A DNA stretch of 64,000 nt, taken from Acutalibacteraceae bacterium. GTDB taxonomy: Bacteria; Bacillota; Clostridia; Oscillospirales; Acutalibacteraceae. Numbering within the stretch: the first letter of the stretch is position 1; each line of letters starts with the position of its first letter. The stretch spans positions 1 to 64,000 of the forward strand of contig JAZQVR010000010.1 of the NCBI GenBank assembly GCA_045631965.1, written 5' to 3'. The position numbers and the translations under genes are program-made. Shown piece after piece: positions 27,210 to 35,959 of the stretch. The notes beneath the pieces are model-generated. The model saw only the letters and a program-made list of their open reading frames with translations. It had not been told where the DNA came from and did no database searches.

Positions 27210-28220
27210 ATGGAAAAAGAAATTCAAGCTTGGCTCAAAGGCATCTGTGACGTTTCTCAATTCAGGCTGGAATATTGGAAAGCCCGTGAATTAGACGACC
27301 CGGATGGCTGGGGAAGCCTTTTAGCACCTTCTTTTCAGGACGGCGACTCCGTCAGCGGCAGCGGTATTCTTTTAACCGGCGGCGACAGTCACAGTAAGAT
27401 ATCTTTTGCCATGCAGGTGTTGAATCTGCTCAAGCCCGAAGCATACGATGGAGTGTTCATTAGCGGAACAGACTTGGGTGCTGACGGTTTTGCACAAACT
27501 CTGAAGAAATTGAATAGCCTGTTCGACTATTTCAACAACAAAGGAATGGGCTTATGCCTTATTCTCGATGACTTGGATGAGTATGCTTACAGACGAAATC
27601 TTCTGCAGTTTTTAGGTCATAAGCTTTGCGAGTACAATATGTACGGCGGAGAGCTTGCTCCTTTGTTTTTGCTCATTATGGATGAACACGAGCAAGATAT
27701 TCCCGCTTTGCTCAGAGATTGCTTACAGCTTTGCCGTTTGCAGTTGCCTAACAAAGCCAAGCGCAGCGTCTATCTTGAGATTCACGCCAAATCATTGCGA
27801 AACTACCTCTCGCTTGAAGTATTTGCTCAGGCGACGGAGGGTGCAAGCTATGTACAGCTGCTGGATATGATTACTTTGGCAGAGAATTATATCGACAGTC
27901 TCGACGGACGCGGTATATCCGACGATGAGCTGAAAGCGTTTCTGGCAGACCAGATGCCGAATTGCACATCGGACAATCCGTTGAATGAAATCAATAAATC
28001 TATACAGCAGATGATTGAGCAACTCAAGAATTTGCCTGTCGGTGGCGGCGGAGGACCATATACACCACATAAACCAATTGACCCGAAGCCTCCGTTAACG
28101 AATGACAATCGCGTAACTCGTGAGGATATTGAGAATATGCCTCCGAAGCAGCTTGCTACAGAGCTTTTTGGAGAAGATCGTGTAAAAGAGTTACTGCAAC
28201 CTGCTGTTATTACGCAGTAA
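27210..28220 (+). CDS. Degenerate AAA+-like protein (predicted inactive pseudo-ATPase paralog)
   Basis: The AAA-like order of motifs is kept but catalytic residues are lost: the Walker A position is GILLTGGDSHSKIS (no GKT), the Walker B-like position is LCLILDDLDEY, and the C-terminal end is LQLPNKAKR (compare IPLPE). Start at ATG 27210, 9 nt after the RBS AAAGGAG. Confidence 0.45.
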   Translation: MEKEIQAWLKGICDVSQFRLEYWKARELDDPDGWGSLLAPSFQDGDSVSGSGILLTGGDSHSKISFAMQVLNLLKPEAYDGVFISGTDLGADGFAQTLKKLNSLFDYFNNKGMGLCLILDDLDEYAYRRNLLQFLGHKLCEYNMYGGELAPLFLLIMDEHEQDIPALLRDCLQLCRLQLPNKAKRSVYLEIHAKSLRNYLSLEVFAQATEGASYVQLLDMITLAENYIDSLDGRGISDDELKAFLADQMPNCTSDNPLNEINKSIQQMIEQLKNLPVGGGGGPYTPHKPIDPKPPLTNDNRVTREDIENMPPKQLATELFGEDRVKELLQPAVITQ

Positions 28221-28227
28221 ACAAAAA

Positions 28228-28262
28228 CAAAAATCCGGAACAGATGTTCCGGATTTTTTATT
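28228..28262. terminator. Bidirectional rho-independent terminator between converging operons
   Basis: atccggaacagatgttccggat hairpin flanked by an A-run 5' and TTTTTTATTT 3', between the stops at 28220 (+) and 28276 (-). Confidence 0.65.
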
Positions 28263-28275
28263 TGTAATATCAATA

Positions 28276-28893
28276 TTACCTGGCTGTTTTTTTGTTTTTA
28301 TTAGCGGAATAAGTATTGAGCTTTGCACCGCAGTTGCAACAATACTGGCTGTTAGGGCTGTTGTTTGTATTGCAGACACTGCATATCCGTGCAGTCTTAA
28401 CATACGGATTGGGGCGACTCGGAGCTTTAGGTCTCTTGTCGTATGCAGGTTCCTTCGGCTCGGTATGCTGCCGCTCATTGAAACTGCCGGATATGTTAAT
28501 AAATTGTTGCTTATCAAAACGGCCGGATTTTGCACTGCTCAGAATTTTTTCAACAGCAGACAGCACATTATCATCCCACTGCTGATTTTTTATCAAAGCA
28601 AGCGTTTGCTCTACGGATGGCTCCGGTGGAGGATTCCACAGTATTTTAAACAGTGAAACCGCAGGTGTACGAGACTTAATTACCTGCAGAGTAGGATACA
28701 GCTCGTAATTACGGCTGTTATCAAAACCGCATTTTTCGCAAAGAGGTGTTCTGTTCTGCGTTCCGCAAACAGTGCAGATATGTGAGCATTTACCTTTTGC
28801 GTTTACTGAAGCTGCTTTGTCGGCAGACTTATTTGGGGTACTATTGGATAAACTGTTACCAACAGTAAAATAATCGTTGTTTTTGCTGTTCAT
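28276..28893 (-). CDS. Double Zn-ribbon protein (205 aa)
   Basis: Two CxxC...CxxCG ribbons (CTVCGTQNRTPLCEKCG; CSVCNTNNSPNSQYCCNCG) separated by a ~110-aa domain. Confidence 0.5.
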   Translation of the reverse strand: MNSKNNDYFTVGNSLSNSTPNKSADKAASVNAKGKCSHICTVCGTQNRTPLCEKCGFDNSRNYELYPTLQVIKSRTPAVSLFKILWNPPPEPSVEQTLALIKNQQWDDNVLSAVEKILSSAKSGRFDKQQFINISGSFNERQHTEPKEPAYDKRPKAPSRPNPYVKTARICSVCNTNNSPNSQYCCNCGAKLNTYSANKNKKTAR

Positions 28894-28958
28894 TGTATAT
28901 ACGCCTCAATCGAGATGAATTTAATTTTTGCAGCTGCAGTTTCGTGCAGCCAAACAAA

Positions 28959-29939
28959 TCAAAGGTCACCGGGACGGAAGAAAGGATTTTCTCTTGTCGT
29001 GGATTCGTTGATAACAGGCGGCTTGTATGTAGTCTCTGCAACAGGTGGTGCTACATAATCAACCTTCGGAATTTCAGGCTCTGTGCCGCGTAATTTATGA
29101 AATACCTCAACGGCTGTAGGTCTTTTTTGCGGGTCACCGTCTACCATAGATTCAATCAGCGTTGCTATATCGCCGGGCAGTCTGCTCGATATAATCAGCT
29201 TTTCGCCCTTTGCAACGGCTTCGCCGGAGTAAGAATTTTCTATAGTGTTGTATCTCGGAAGCTCGCCCGTAAAATACTGATGAAAAAGAACACCCAATGC
29301 AAAAATATCCATTTTGCAGGTAAGCTCCACGCTTTCGCCCCAGATGTTTTTACAAGCCTCGGGTGAGAAATAATGGAAATCGCCTATGATTGCTTCGCCG
29401 GGTGCAGGCGGATTTGATTCCAAAAAGCTGCTGTCAAAATCGATAACCTTTGCCGTCACACGACCCGATGAGCTTTTGGTGAAAAGAATATTATCGGGTT
29501 TCAAATCGGCATGTATCAGCTTCATTTTGTGAAGACCTGCAATAGCGTGAGTAATAATCGCACACAGCCTTTTGATTTCACTAAGCGGAAGCTTTGCAAT
29601 ATCGGCAACATCCATATTAATCGCGTTAATCTTCTGCATAGCGATATAGTATTTGGATTCAATGCGGAAAAACTCTTCTATGCGAACGGCATTACCGTCT
29701 GAAGAAAGGTTTACCGCCTGATAGATTTTCTTTTTATCCTGCTCAAACAGCTGACATTCTCTGATCTTCTTTTTTAAACGTTCAGGACTGGAAACCGTAT
29801 CATTAAAAGGATATTTACGCTCAACAAACTGTTTGATGAAATATTCTTTTCCGCCCTTATTAGCAAAGCCCCAGATAGAGTAGCCGGCATTTTGGTTTGT
29901 AAAAGAACTTGTTATTTCATATTTACCCAGTTGTTCCAT
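28959..29939 (-). CDS. Ser/Thr protein kinase (Hanks-type), third member of the TerY-P-like triad
   Basis: Catalytic loop IHADLKPDNILF, activation segment VIDFDSS (DFD in place of DFG), lysine-containing FIKQF strand. The start ATG overlaps the PP2C stop (TAATG). Confidence 0.7.
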   Translation of the reverse strand: MEQLGKYEITSSFTNQNAGYSIWGFANKGGKEYFIKQFVERKYPFNDTVSSPERLKKKIRECQLFEQDKKKIYQAVNLSSDGNAVRIEEFFRIESKYYIAMQKINAINMDVADIAKLPLSEIKRLCAIITHAIAGLHKMKLIHADLKPDNILFTKSSSGRVTAKVIDFDSSFLESNPPAPGEAIIGDFHYFSPEACKNIWGESVELTCKMDIFALGVLFHQYFTGELPRYNTIENSYSGEAVAKGEKLIISSRLPGDIATLIESMVDGDPQKRPTAVEVFHKLRGTEPEIPKVDYVAPPVAETTYKPPVINESTTRENPFFRPGDL

Positions 29940-30910
29940 TATGCCTGTCCGTCCTTTATATGCCTCATATAATTATCACGATATGACTCCCAGAGTGAAA
30001 TGCGGCCGTCTTTGTCTTCGGGCGGCATTTTTGATATGGGAGCAAGATATTGCTTTTCAAGGTAAGCATATCGGTTAGCAAAAGCCTGCTGAAGTGCAGC
30101 AAATTTTCCGTAACCGTAAGATGCAAGGCAAATGGTGCTGTCATCGCCTGCAATTGAGCTTATCAGCTCAGCCAGTTTATTTTCCCACTGGTCTGCGCTT
30201 TTGGTTTGTAAAAGCGTGTTAAGCAGTATACCCTCAAACTCCATAGGTGTAGACAAATAGCCGAAGCAGCCGTCTGTTGCCGCAAAAACAACAAAAGGCT
30301 CAGTCATTCTGATGGTTTTGTGGTGGAGCTTTGCAGGCTTGTTACTGCACAGTATATTCTGAAGCACACCGTCTTCATAAGTATTAAGCATCGGGTCGGG
30401 CACATTGGTATCGTCTACCGTAAGCTGTGCGAGGCCCTTGGAGTTCATAATATAAACTCTTGAGTCTCCTGCCCAGATAGCACTTACAAGCATCTCGCCC
30501 TTCTTTGCCTGCCTGATCAGAGCAACCGCTGCTGTACTGGGCAAAGTACGGACACTGGAGCCTTTAATCTGAAATCCGCCGCCATCAACAGGAGGAACAA
30601 ACTGCATAAGGCGTTGAGTAATCTGCGGCGCAAAAACATCGGCAATCAGGTCAGCAACCTTAAGCTGACTCGGAAAAGTGCGGCGGAACTGATCATAGAA
30701 AACGCCGGCACAGAAACGCGATGCCATATATGCCTCGGTATGACCGGAGTAAAAATCGTGCTTTCTGGCACCTGCACCACCGCATCCGTCAAATGCGCCC
30801 AGAAGACCTGCTGCATCGCAAAAGCTGTAGCAGTAGCTGTCCTCACCGTGTCCGGGAATCTTATCACGGCAAAAAGACATTACAAAATCAAGAGACAGAT
30901 TATGCTGCAT
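29939..30910 (-). CDS. PP2C-family Ser/Thr protein phosphatase
   Basis: PP2C metal-binding motifs GAFDGCGGAGA, WAGDSRVYIM and VFAATDGCFGYL in canonical order. Confidence 0.7.
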   Translation of the reverse strand: MQHNLSLDFVMSFCRDKIPGHGEDSYCYSFCDAAGLLGAFDGCGGAGARKHDFYSGHTEAYMASRFCAGVFYDQFRRTFPSQLKVADLIADVFAPQITQRLMQFVPPVDGGGFQIKGSSVRTLPSTAAVALIRQAKKGEMLVSAIWAGDSRVYIMNSKGLAQLTVDDTNVPDPMLNTYEDGVLQNILCSNKPAKLHHKTIRMTEPFVVFAATDGCFGYLSTPMEFEGILLNTLLQTKSADQWENKLAELISSIAGDDSTICLASYGYGKFAALQQAFANRYAYLEKQYLAPISKMPPEDKDGRISLWESYRDNYMRHIKDGQA

Positions 30911-30996
30911 TGTACCAACCTCGAATCCAAAATAATGTTACTTATACAAGAGAACCGATGCGAAAAATCATCGGTTCCCGAAACTTCTTAAGTTAA

Positions 30997-31710
30997 TCAG
31001 ACAGAATTTGCGATAAGGTTAAGAATATCGTTGAAGTTCTTCTCTGCCAATCCGTTGCCGAGTGAAGACGGAATATGCCATGTCAGATCCCAGTTGTCGG
31101 ATATGTACTTCCAGTTATCGACATCGGGTGCAAAGAGAACAAGACGTCTTTCATTGGGTCTCATAAGGTTCGGGTCATCCCACCACTCGCTCAGCTCATT
31201 CATATCCTTCGGCATACCCTGGGGATAGAACTTGGACTTTTTGCCGAAGCCGAGATTGTGAGCACCTGCATCAGTCCAGACAACAATAACCTGACGCTTT
31301 TTAGCACCCTCTGTTGTCCACGGGGACTTGATAGCGTAAGCAAGCGCCTCAAGACCGTCCTCCGGGATGTCGCCTCCGCCGTCAGCGTGAATGCTGTTGA
31401 TGCAGGCTTCAAACTCTGCAGCCTGCTGCGGAAGGTGGAAGAAATCAGTTACCATCATAGCATACTGACCGTCTGCAATATAATCGCGGAAAGCGATAAC
31501 GCGAACGCGAAGCTGACGCACCTTCTTACCCTTTTCGGTCATAACGCGGTTGAAATCGTTGTAAAAGCTGATTGCATTCTGCTTTACCATATTGATAATT
31601 TTGTTCTGTGTGCCTGTGGTATCCTCCATGCTTCCTGTAGCATCGATGCAGAATACCATGTCTACCGTATAGTCCATTGACTGGCCGTAGCTGCCCTGAA
31701 ATCCTGACAT
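30997..31710 (-). CDS. von Willebrand factor A (vWA) domain protein of the TerY-like type
   Basis: MIDAS motif VFCIDATGSM, then ADGGGDIPEDGLEAL and WTDAGAH segments. Same order as TerY-family vWA proteins. Confidence 0.7.
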   Translation of the reverse strand: MSGFQGSYGQSMDYTVDMVFCIDATGSMEDTTGTQNKIINMVKQNAISFYNDFNRVMTEKGKKVRQLRVRVIAFRDYIADGQYAMMVTDFFHLPQQAAEFEACINSIHADGGGDIPEDGLEALAYAIKSPWTTEGAKKRQVIVVWTDAGAHNLGFGKKSKFYPQGMPKDMNELSEWWDDPNLMRPNERRLVLFAPDVDNWKYISDNWDLTWHIPSSLGNGLAEKNFNDILNLIANSV

Positions 31711-31864
31711 TTCTGTTTCCTCCTGCTTATATGTTGCAAATTATGATTAACCGTTAGCTTCAATAATTTTTTCAATAATTTTAATAAAATAATTAGGGAT
31801 TGATTCGTAGAAGAGCTCTTTGGTTACCCCACTATCTTTATAATAGATGGAATTTACTGTATTA

Positions 31865-32635
31865 TTATTTATTTCTATGATTAAGAGTTTTGTTTTTAAC
31901 CTCCCTGTTATCATTATAGTCAATTTTCACTTCACATATTTCTTTAGATGACCGGAGATCAAGCTCTTCATTACTACCCATATAAAATGATTTAAGCCAT
32001 TTGGTAATTTCCACCATATTTTCGTCAGGAACTTGATGTTGCTCTCCATTTAAAACAAAAGTAATCTTCTTAATATTTTCAAGATCATCGTCCGCAAAAA
32101 CTTTAGTGTCAGTTTCGGGCACATCGTTGGGGGGTGAGGGTGAGTTTTGTTTTGGGGGTGAGTTTGGTTCTTGGGTTTCTTTTGTGGTTGTGGGTTTCTT
32201 TTGTGTTTCTTTTTCTTCCTCTTTCTCTTCTTCGTCGTCAAATTCATATTTGTAGCCGGTAATGCCTGATTTTTCATTTACCTCTACTATATTTTGCTTT
32301 AACGTATCAAGCTCGTCGGAAAGCTTGCTTACTTTGCCGAAAAGCACAAATATAAGCACAAACAAAATGACAACAATAACCAGAACAAAGCCTGCCAAAG
32401 CTAACTTAATCGTCTTATTGTCGTCCGAATTATTCACCGGAGCAGGTGCTGCCGGACGCACGGGACGTTCGACAACATTGTTGGTACGAGCTGATGAAGC
32501 AGCCGCTGCTATGGATTCTTTGGATACGATATCATAAAAACCGCCGCAATCGGATAATGCGGGGACTTCCTTGCCGCAACGCTTACACTTTGTATCGGAA
32601 GGAGAAATTTTGTTGCCACACCATTTACAAATCAT
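31865..32635 (-). CDS. N-terminal Zn-ribbon, single-pass membrane protein with acidic low-complexity ectodomain
   Basis: CKWCGNKISPSDTKCKRCG ribbon, TM helix LALAGFVLVIVVILFVLIFVLF, then an E/K/T/P-rich region and a C-terminal globular segment. Confidence 0.5.
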   Translation of the reverse strand: MICKWCGNKISPSDTKCKRCGKEVPALSDCGGFYDIVSKESIAAAASSARTNNVVERPVRPAAPAPVNNSDDNKTIKLALAGFVLVIVVILFVLIFVLFGKVSKLSDELDTLKQNIVEVNEKSGITGYKYEFDDEEEKEEEKETQKKPTTTKETQEPNSPPKQNSPSPPNDVPETDTKVFADDDLENIKKITFVLNGEQHQVPDENMVEITKWLKSFYMGSNEELDLRSSKEICEVKIDYNDNREVKNKTLNHRNK

Positions 32636-32641
32636 TTTTCA

Positions 32642-32950
32642 CTACCTCTTTCTTGATGCAATATTCTCGCCGCAGATTGAGCACGTCGCGGCGTTGGGTT
32701 CGTTTTCACCGTCGCAAAACGGACAGCTGACGCTCATACGCTTCCCCGGAAAAACATAGATAACATTCGGAACAGGGGCGCTGCTGCGTACAGTTACCTT
32801 TGGCCTGTCGGCTGCGGCACCCGTACTTACGGGTTTGATGTCGCCCGATCCATCTGCCTTTTTCCGTTTCTTTTTTTTCTTGGAAACGCCGATTATTATT
32901 GCTATAACAACTACCGCTATCGCCGCATAAATAATTGGCTCTATCAACAC
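32642..32950 (-). CDS. Small TM protein with C-terminal Zn-ribbon (~100 aa)
   Basis: TM helix IIYAAIAVVVIAIIIGV, poly-Lys stop-transfer, C-terminal CPFCDGENEPNAATCSICG. The start is assigned to GTG 32950, which has the RBS AAAGAGG. Choice of start codon is uncertain. Confidence 0.4.
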   Translation of the reverse strand: MLIEPIIYAAIAVVVIAIIIGVSKKKKKRKKADGSGDIKPVSTGAAADRPKVTVRSSAPVPNVIYVFPGKRMSVSCPFCDGENEPNAATCSICGENIASRKR

Positions 32951-33238
32951 ACATACACCTCTTTGCAGGATTTGCTTTGAATTTTTTACCTTTTTATATA
33001 AATTTAAACATAATTTAAGATATTTTATCATAAAGCAAATTTGTTCGCAACATATTTATTCATAAATTCGATAAAAATTTACAAAATTTATGTATATATT
33101 CCGTATAAGTAAACGAAATTATTAATTACGCAAAACAAAGAACAAACCAACTGCGTCAGCATAAAAATATTTTATCAATTTACTTTAGCGACAAAGTATG
33201 ATATAATTTTCGCACGATGACATTTAAGGAGAATATGT

Positions 33239-33703
33239 ATGAAAAAAGCAATATCAATTTTACTTGCATTAATACTCGCAGTCAGTTTGTGCTCCTGCAG
33301 CCTCGGCAAGGACAAAAGAGTTACCGCTGCAATAGATACGCTCAAAGAATTCTGGACAGAAGAATACAGCAGAGATTATTACAAAGAAATCGGCAGCGAC
33401 GGCCACTTTGAAATAAAAAACACCAGAATAATCGAAATCAAAGAAAACAACACCGCTATGTTCAAAGACGTTGATTACATAGTTGAGTTTGTATTGTTTA
33501 CCGATTATTACGGCGGCTCACTCTACTACGAAAGCACACCAATGTATAACTCGGTTATCGTATACAAAAACGGCACATCAAAGGTCGACAGCGATTATGT
33601 ATCCAGATACAGAAACACCAACCTCAGCAACGACTACTCTGCTTTTATCGAATCCATTGATGATTTCGGCGACAAATACAACTGTGCCGAAAAGCTGATT
33701 TAA
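33239..33703 (+). CDS. Lipoprotein of unknown function
   Basis: Signal peptide with lipobox LCSCSLG. Confidence 0.5.
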   Translation: MKKAISILLALILAVSLCSCSLGKDKRVTAAIDTLKEFWTEEYSRDYYKEIGSDGHFEIKNTRIIEIKENNTAMFKDVDYIVEFVLFTDYYGGSLYYESTPMYNSVIVYKNGTSKVDSDYVSRYRNTNLSNDYSAFIESIDDFGDKYNCAEKLI

Positions 33704-33735
33704 AAGCCAAACTTAAAAATTATTTATTTGGTGGT

Positions 33736-34482
33736 GTGATTATGGGATATGATAAAAAGCCTGCAATGATACTTTTTGATGTTGGCGGCACACTTTTTGC
33801 CGGCGGCAAGTTTTCGGCAGCTGACGGTCTGGATGCACTGCGACTCGCAGCTTCCAACCCCGATATTACCGATACCGCAACAATGGCTGAGCTTTGGGAG
33901 AGCTATGCAGAAGAAATCGGCTCGGGTCACAAATCAGTTTCAGGCACTACACTTGACTTTCCGCTCTCCGGTGCACTGAAGTATATCACAATGAGAACAG
34001 GGCTTCACTTTGACATCTCAATGTACGAGCAAGAGGAGCTTTTTGACCGATTCAACTCAACAAGAAAAGTTATTGACGGCATACCAGAGCTGCTCGAAAC
34101 AGCGAACTCGCTCGGAATACGCACAGCGGTTATAAGCAACAACGCAATGAGCGGCGAATCGCTTGCGCTTGCGGTAAAGCACTGGATTCCGACATCAGAA
34201 ATGGAATTCTGCCTGACCAGTGCAGACATACTGCTCTCAAAACCCGACAGAAATATTTTTGATATTGCCGTAAGTTACGCGGGCCTGAATGCCGACGAGT
34301 GCTGGTATTGCGGCGACAGCTTCACACCGGATGTTTACGGCGCAAAGCAAGCAGGGCTGACACCTGTACTTATCGACACCAAATCCCCTGCTGAATTGCA
34401 ATTCAAAGCCGATGCCGATGTGGGTGAATATATGGTTATCAACCATTGGGATGAGCTGACAAAGCACATAAGGAATATATAA
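33736..34482 (+). CDS. HAD-superfamily hydrolase
   Basis: Motif I ILFDVGGTLF, motif II ISNN, motif IV GDSFTPDVYGAKQAG. Confidence 0.7.
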   Translation: MIMGYDKKPAMILFDVGGTLFAGGKFSAADGLDALRLAASNPDITDTATMAELWESYAEEIGSGHKSVSGTTLDFPLSGALKYITMRTGLHFDISMYEQEELFDRFNSTRKVIDGIPELLETANSLGIRTAVISNNAMSGESLALAVKHWIPTSEMEFCLTSADILLSKPDRNIFDIAVSYAGLNADECWYCGDSFTPDVYGAKQAGLTPVLIDTKSPAELQFKADADVGEYMVINHWDELTKHIRNI

Positions 34483-34484
34483 TA

Positions 34485-34518
34485 AAACGAGCCGATTCGC
34501 TATGAATCGGCTCGTTTT
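34485..34518 (+). terminator. Rho-independent terminator, followed by a second hairpin (34525-34544) that probably terminates the convergent LCP gene
   Basis: aaacgagccgattcgc-tatg-aatcggctcgtttt immediately after the HAD stop. Confidence 0.55.
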
Positions 34519-34593
34519 GTTCGCGGAACGGTCAAGACCGTTCCCTACATTTTTATGTGTGTTCTCAGTTGCTTTATTGGCAGTCCGTAAAAC

Positions 34594-35760
34594 TCAACCG
34601 TAAAGGAAGCTGTTTATACGTCTTGCGGCATCATCTATATCAAACGAAATAATCGACATACCATTATAACGCCTGTAAGCATACGCACCGTCAAACGGTA
34701 CATGCTGCGACTCTATATCGACGTTGCCCTGCTTGCCCGAAAAAGCAGTTATTACGCCTGTAAGCTCACCCAGAGGAATATTTGTCTTTACCAGCTTGAA
34801 TCCGATATCAGCCAGATTGTACATTTCAAGCAGGGATTTTTCGTTGAGAATTTTATTAAATAAAGACTGAATGACTTTTTGCTGACGACTTGTTCGTACA
34901 AAGTCGCTGTCAAGCTTACGCGTACGCATATATGTCAGCGCCGAAGGACCTGTCAGATGGCACTCGCCTGCCTCGACCTGCTTGCCGAGTGCATTGTTTT
35001 TGTTGAAATACTTTGCCTCTGCTTCCGTCAGCTTAATATCAACACCGCCTACCTGATCGATGAAATTCTTTACACCGTTGAAATCAATAACCACGAAGCG
35101 TTGTATATCAAGGTCAAATATCTGATTGACCGTGTTGACGGCAAGGCCCACGCCGTCAAAAGAATAGGCGGCATTTATTCTGTTCCATTTGTGACCCTCT
35201 ATAGGCACAAGCGAATCTCGAAGCACGGATATCATCTTGATTTCATCATTCTTTTTGTTATAAGAAAGAATGATTATGGCATCGCTTCTGCCGCGTTCGC
35301 GTGTAACATCTCTTGAATCAGTGCCGAGAATCAGTATATTAATAATATCCGGATTTTTCTGTTCGACCTTATATATCGGTGTTTTTCCGTAAACGTTAAT
35401 TGCGTTTGCTGAATTGCCGAAAGAATTGGAGCTGTTATATTTTATACCCGAGCCGCCGGAATTCACATTACCGGGCAAAGTCTCCGGCTCGGTCGTTAAA
35501 TCATACTCCATTTCTTCTTCGCTGAGCGTAACATCCTCCCAACCTGAAGGCTGCTCATCCATTTCAGGGCGGACATAAACATCAGATCGCTCAACAATTT
35601 CACTTTTAACATATGAATTCTTATAGAAGCCTACCACAAACGGCATAGCAAGACCCACTGCAATCACAACAACAAGTGCAATCGGAATGGTAATACCGAG
35701 TATTATTTTTCTTCTTTTTTTGCTCTTTTTCCTCTGTTCGGCAGTTTTATACTTTTTCAA
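34594..35760 (-). CDS. LCP (LytR-CpsA-Psr) family cell-envelope phosphotransferase
   Basis: N-terminal TM anchor and LCP core ILILGTDSRD...RSDAIIILSYN...ISVLRDS...INAAYSFDG. Confidence 0.8.
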   Translation of the reverse strand: MKKYKTAEQRKKSKKRRKIILGITIPIALVVVIAVGLAMPFVVGFYKNSYVKSEIVERSDVYVRPEMDEQPSGWEDVTLSEEEMEYDLTTEPETLPGNVNSGGSGIKYNSSNSFGNSANAINVYGKTPIYKVEQKNPDIINILILGTDSRDVTRERGRSDAIIILSYNKKNDEIKMISVLRDSLVPIEGHKWNRINAAYSFDGVGLAVNTVNQIFDLDIQRFVVIDFNGVKNFIDQVGGVDIKLTEAEAKYFNKNNALGKQVEAGECHLTGPSALTYMRTRKLDSDFVRTSRQQKVIQSLFNKILNEKSLLEMYNLADIGFKLVKTNIPLGELTGVITAFSGKQGNVDIESQHVPFDGAYAYRRYNGMSIISFDIDDAARRINSFLYG

Positions 35761-35959
35761 AATCTCACCTACTCTGACTCAAGTAAACGCCTTAACCTAT
35801 ATACAGATTATATTAACACAACCTGCAAAAAAATACAATCGGCAATTTAAAGAAAAGCGTATCCGTTTGCTTTGGAACATACTGCGCTGCCGACAACAAA
35901 AATTGCAGCATACCTCGCACTGAAGTATGCTGCAAAAACGATAACCGTTAAAATTAAAA

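Noticed and set aside
32951-33031. Upstream extension of the small Zn-ribbon TM protein (MIKYLKLCLNLYKK...)
   Set aside because: The region is promoter-like (AT-rich, no RBS). A GTG with an AAAGAGG RBS at 32950 starts right at the TM helix. The start remains uncertain.
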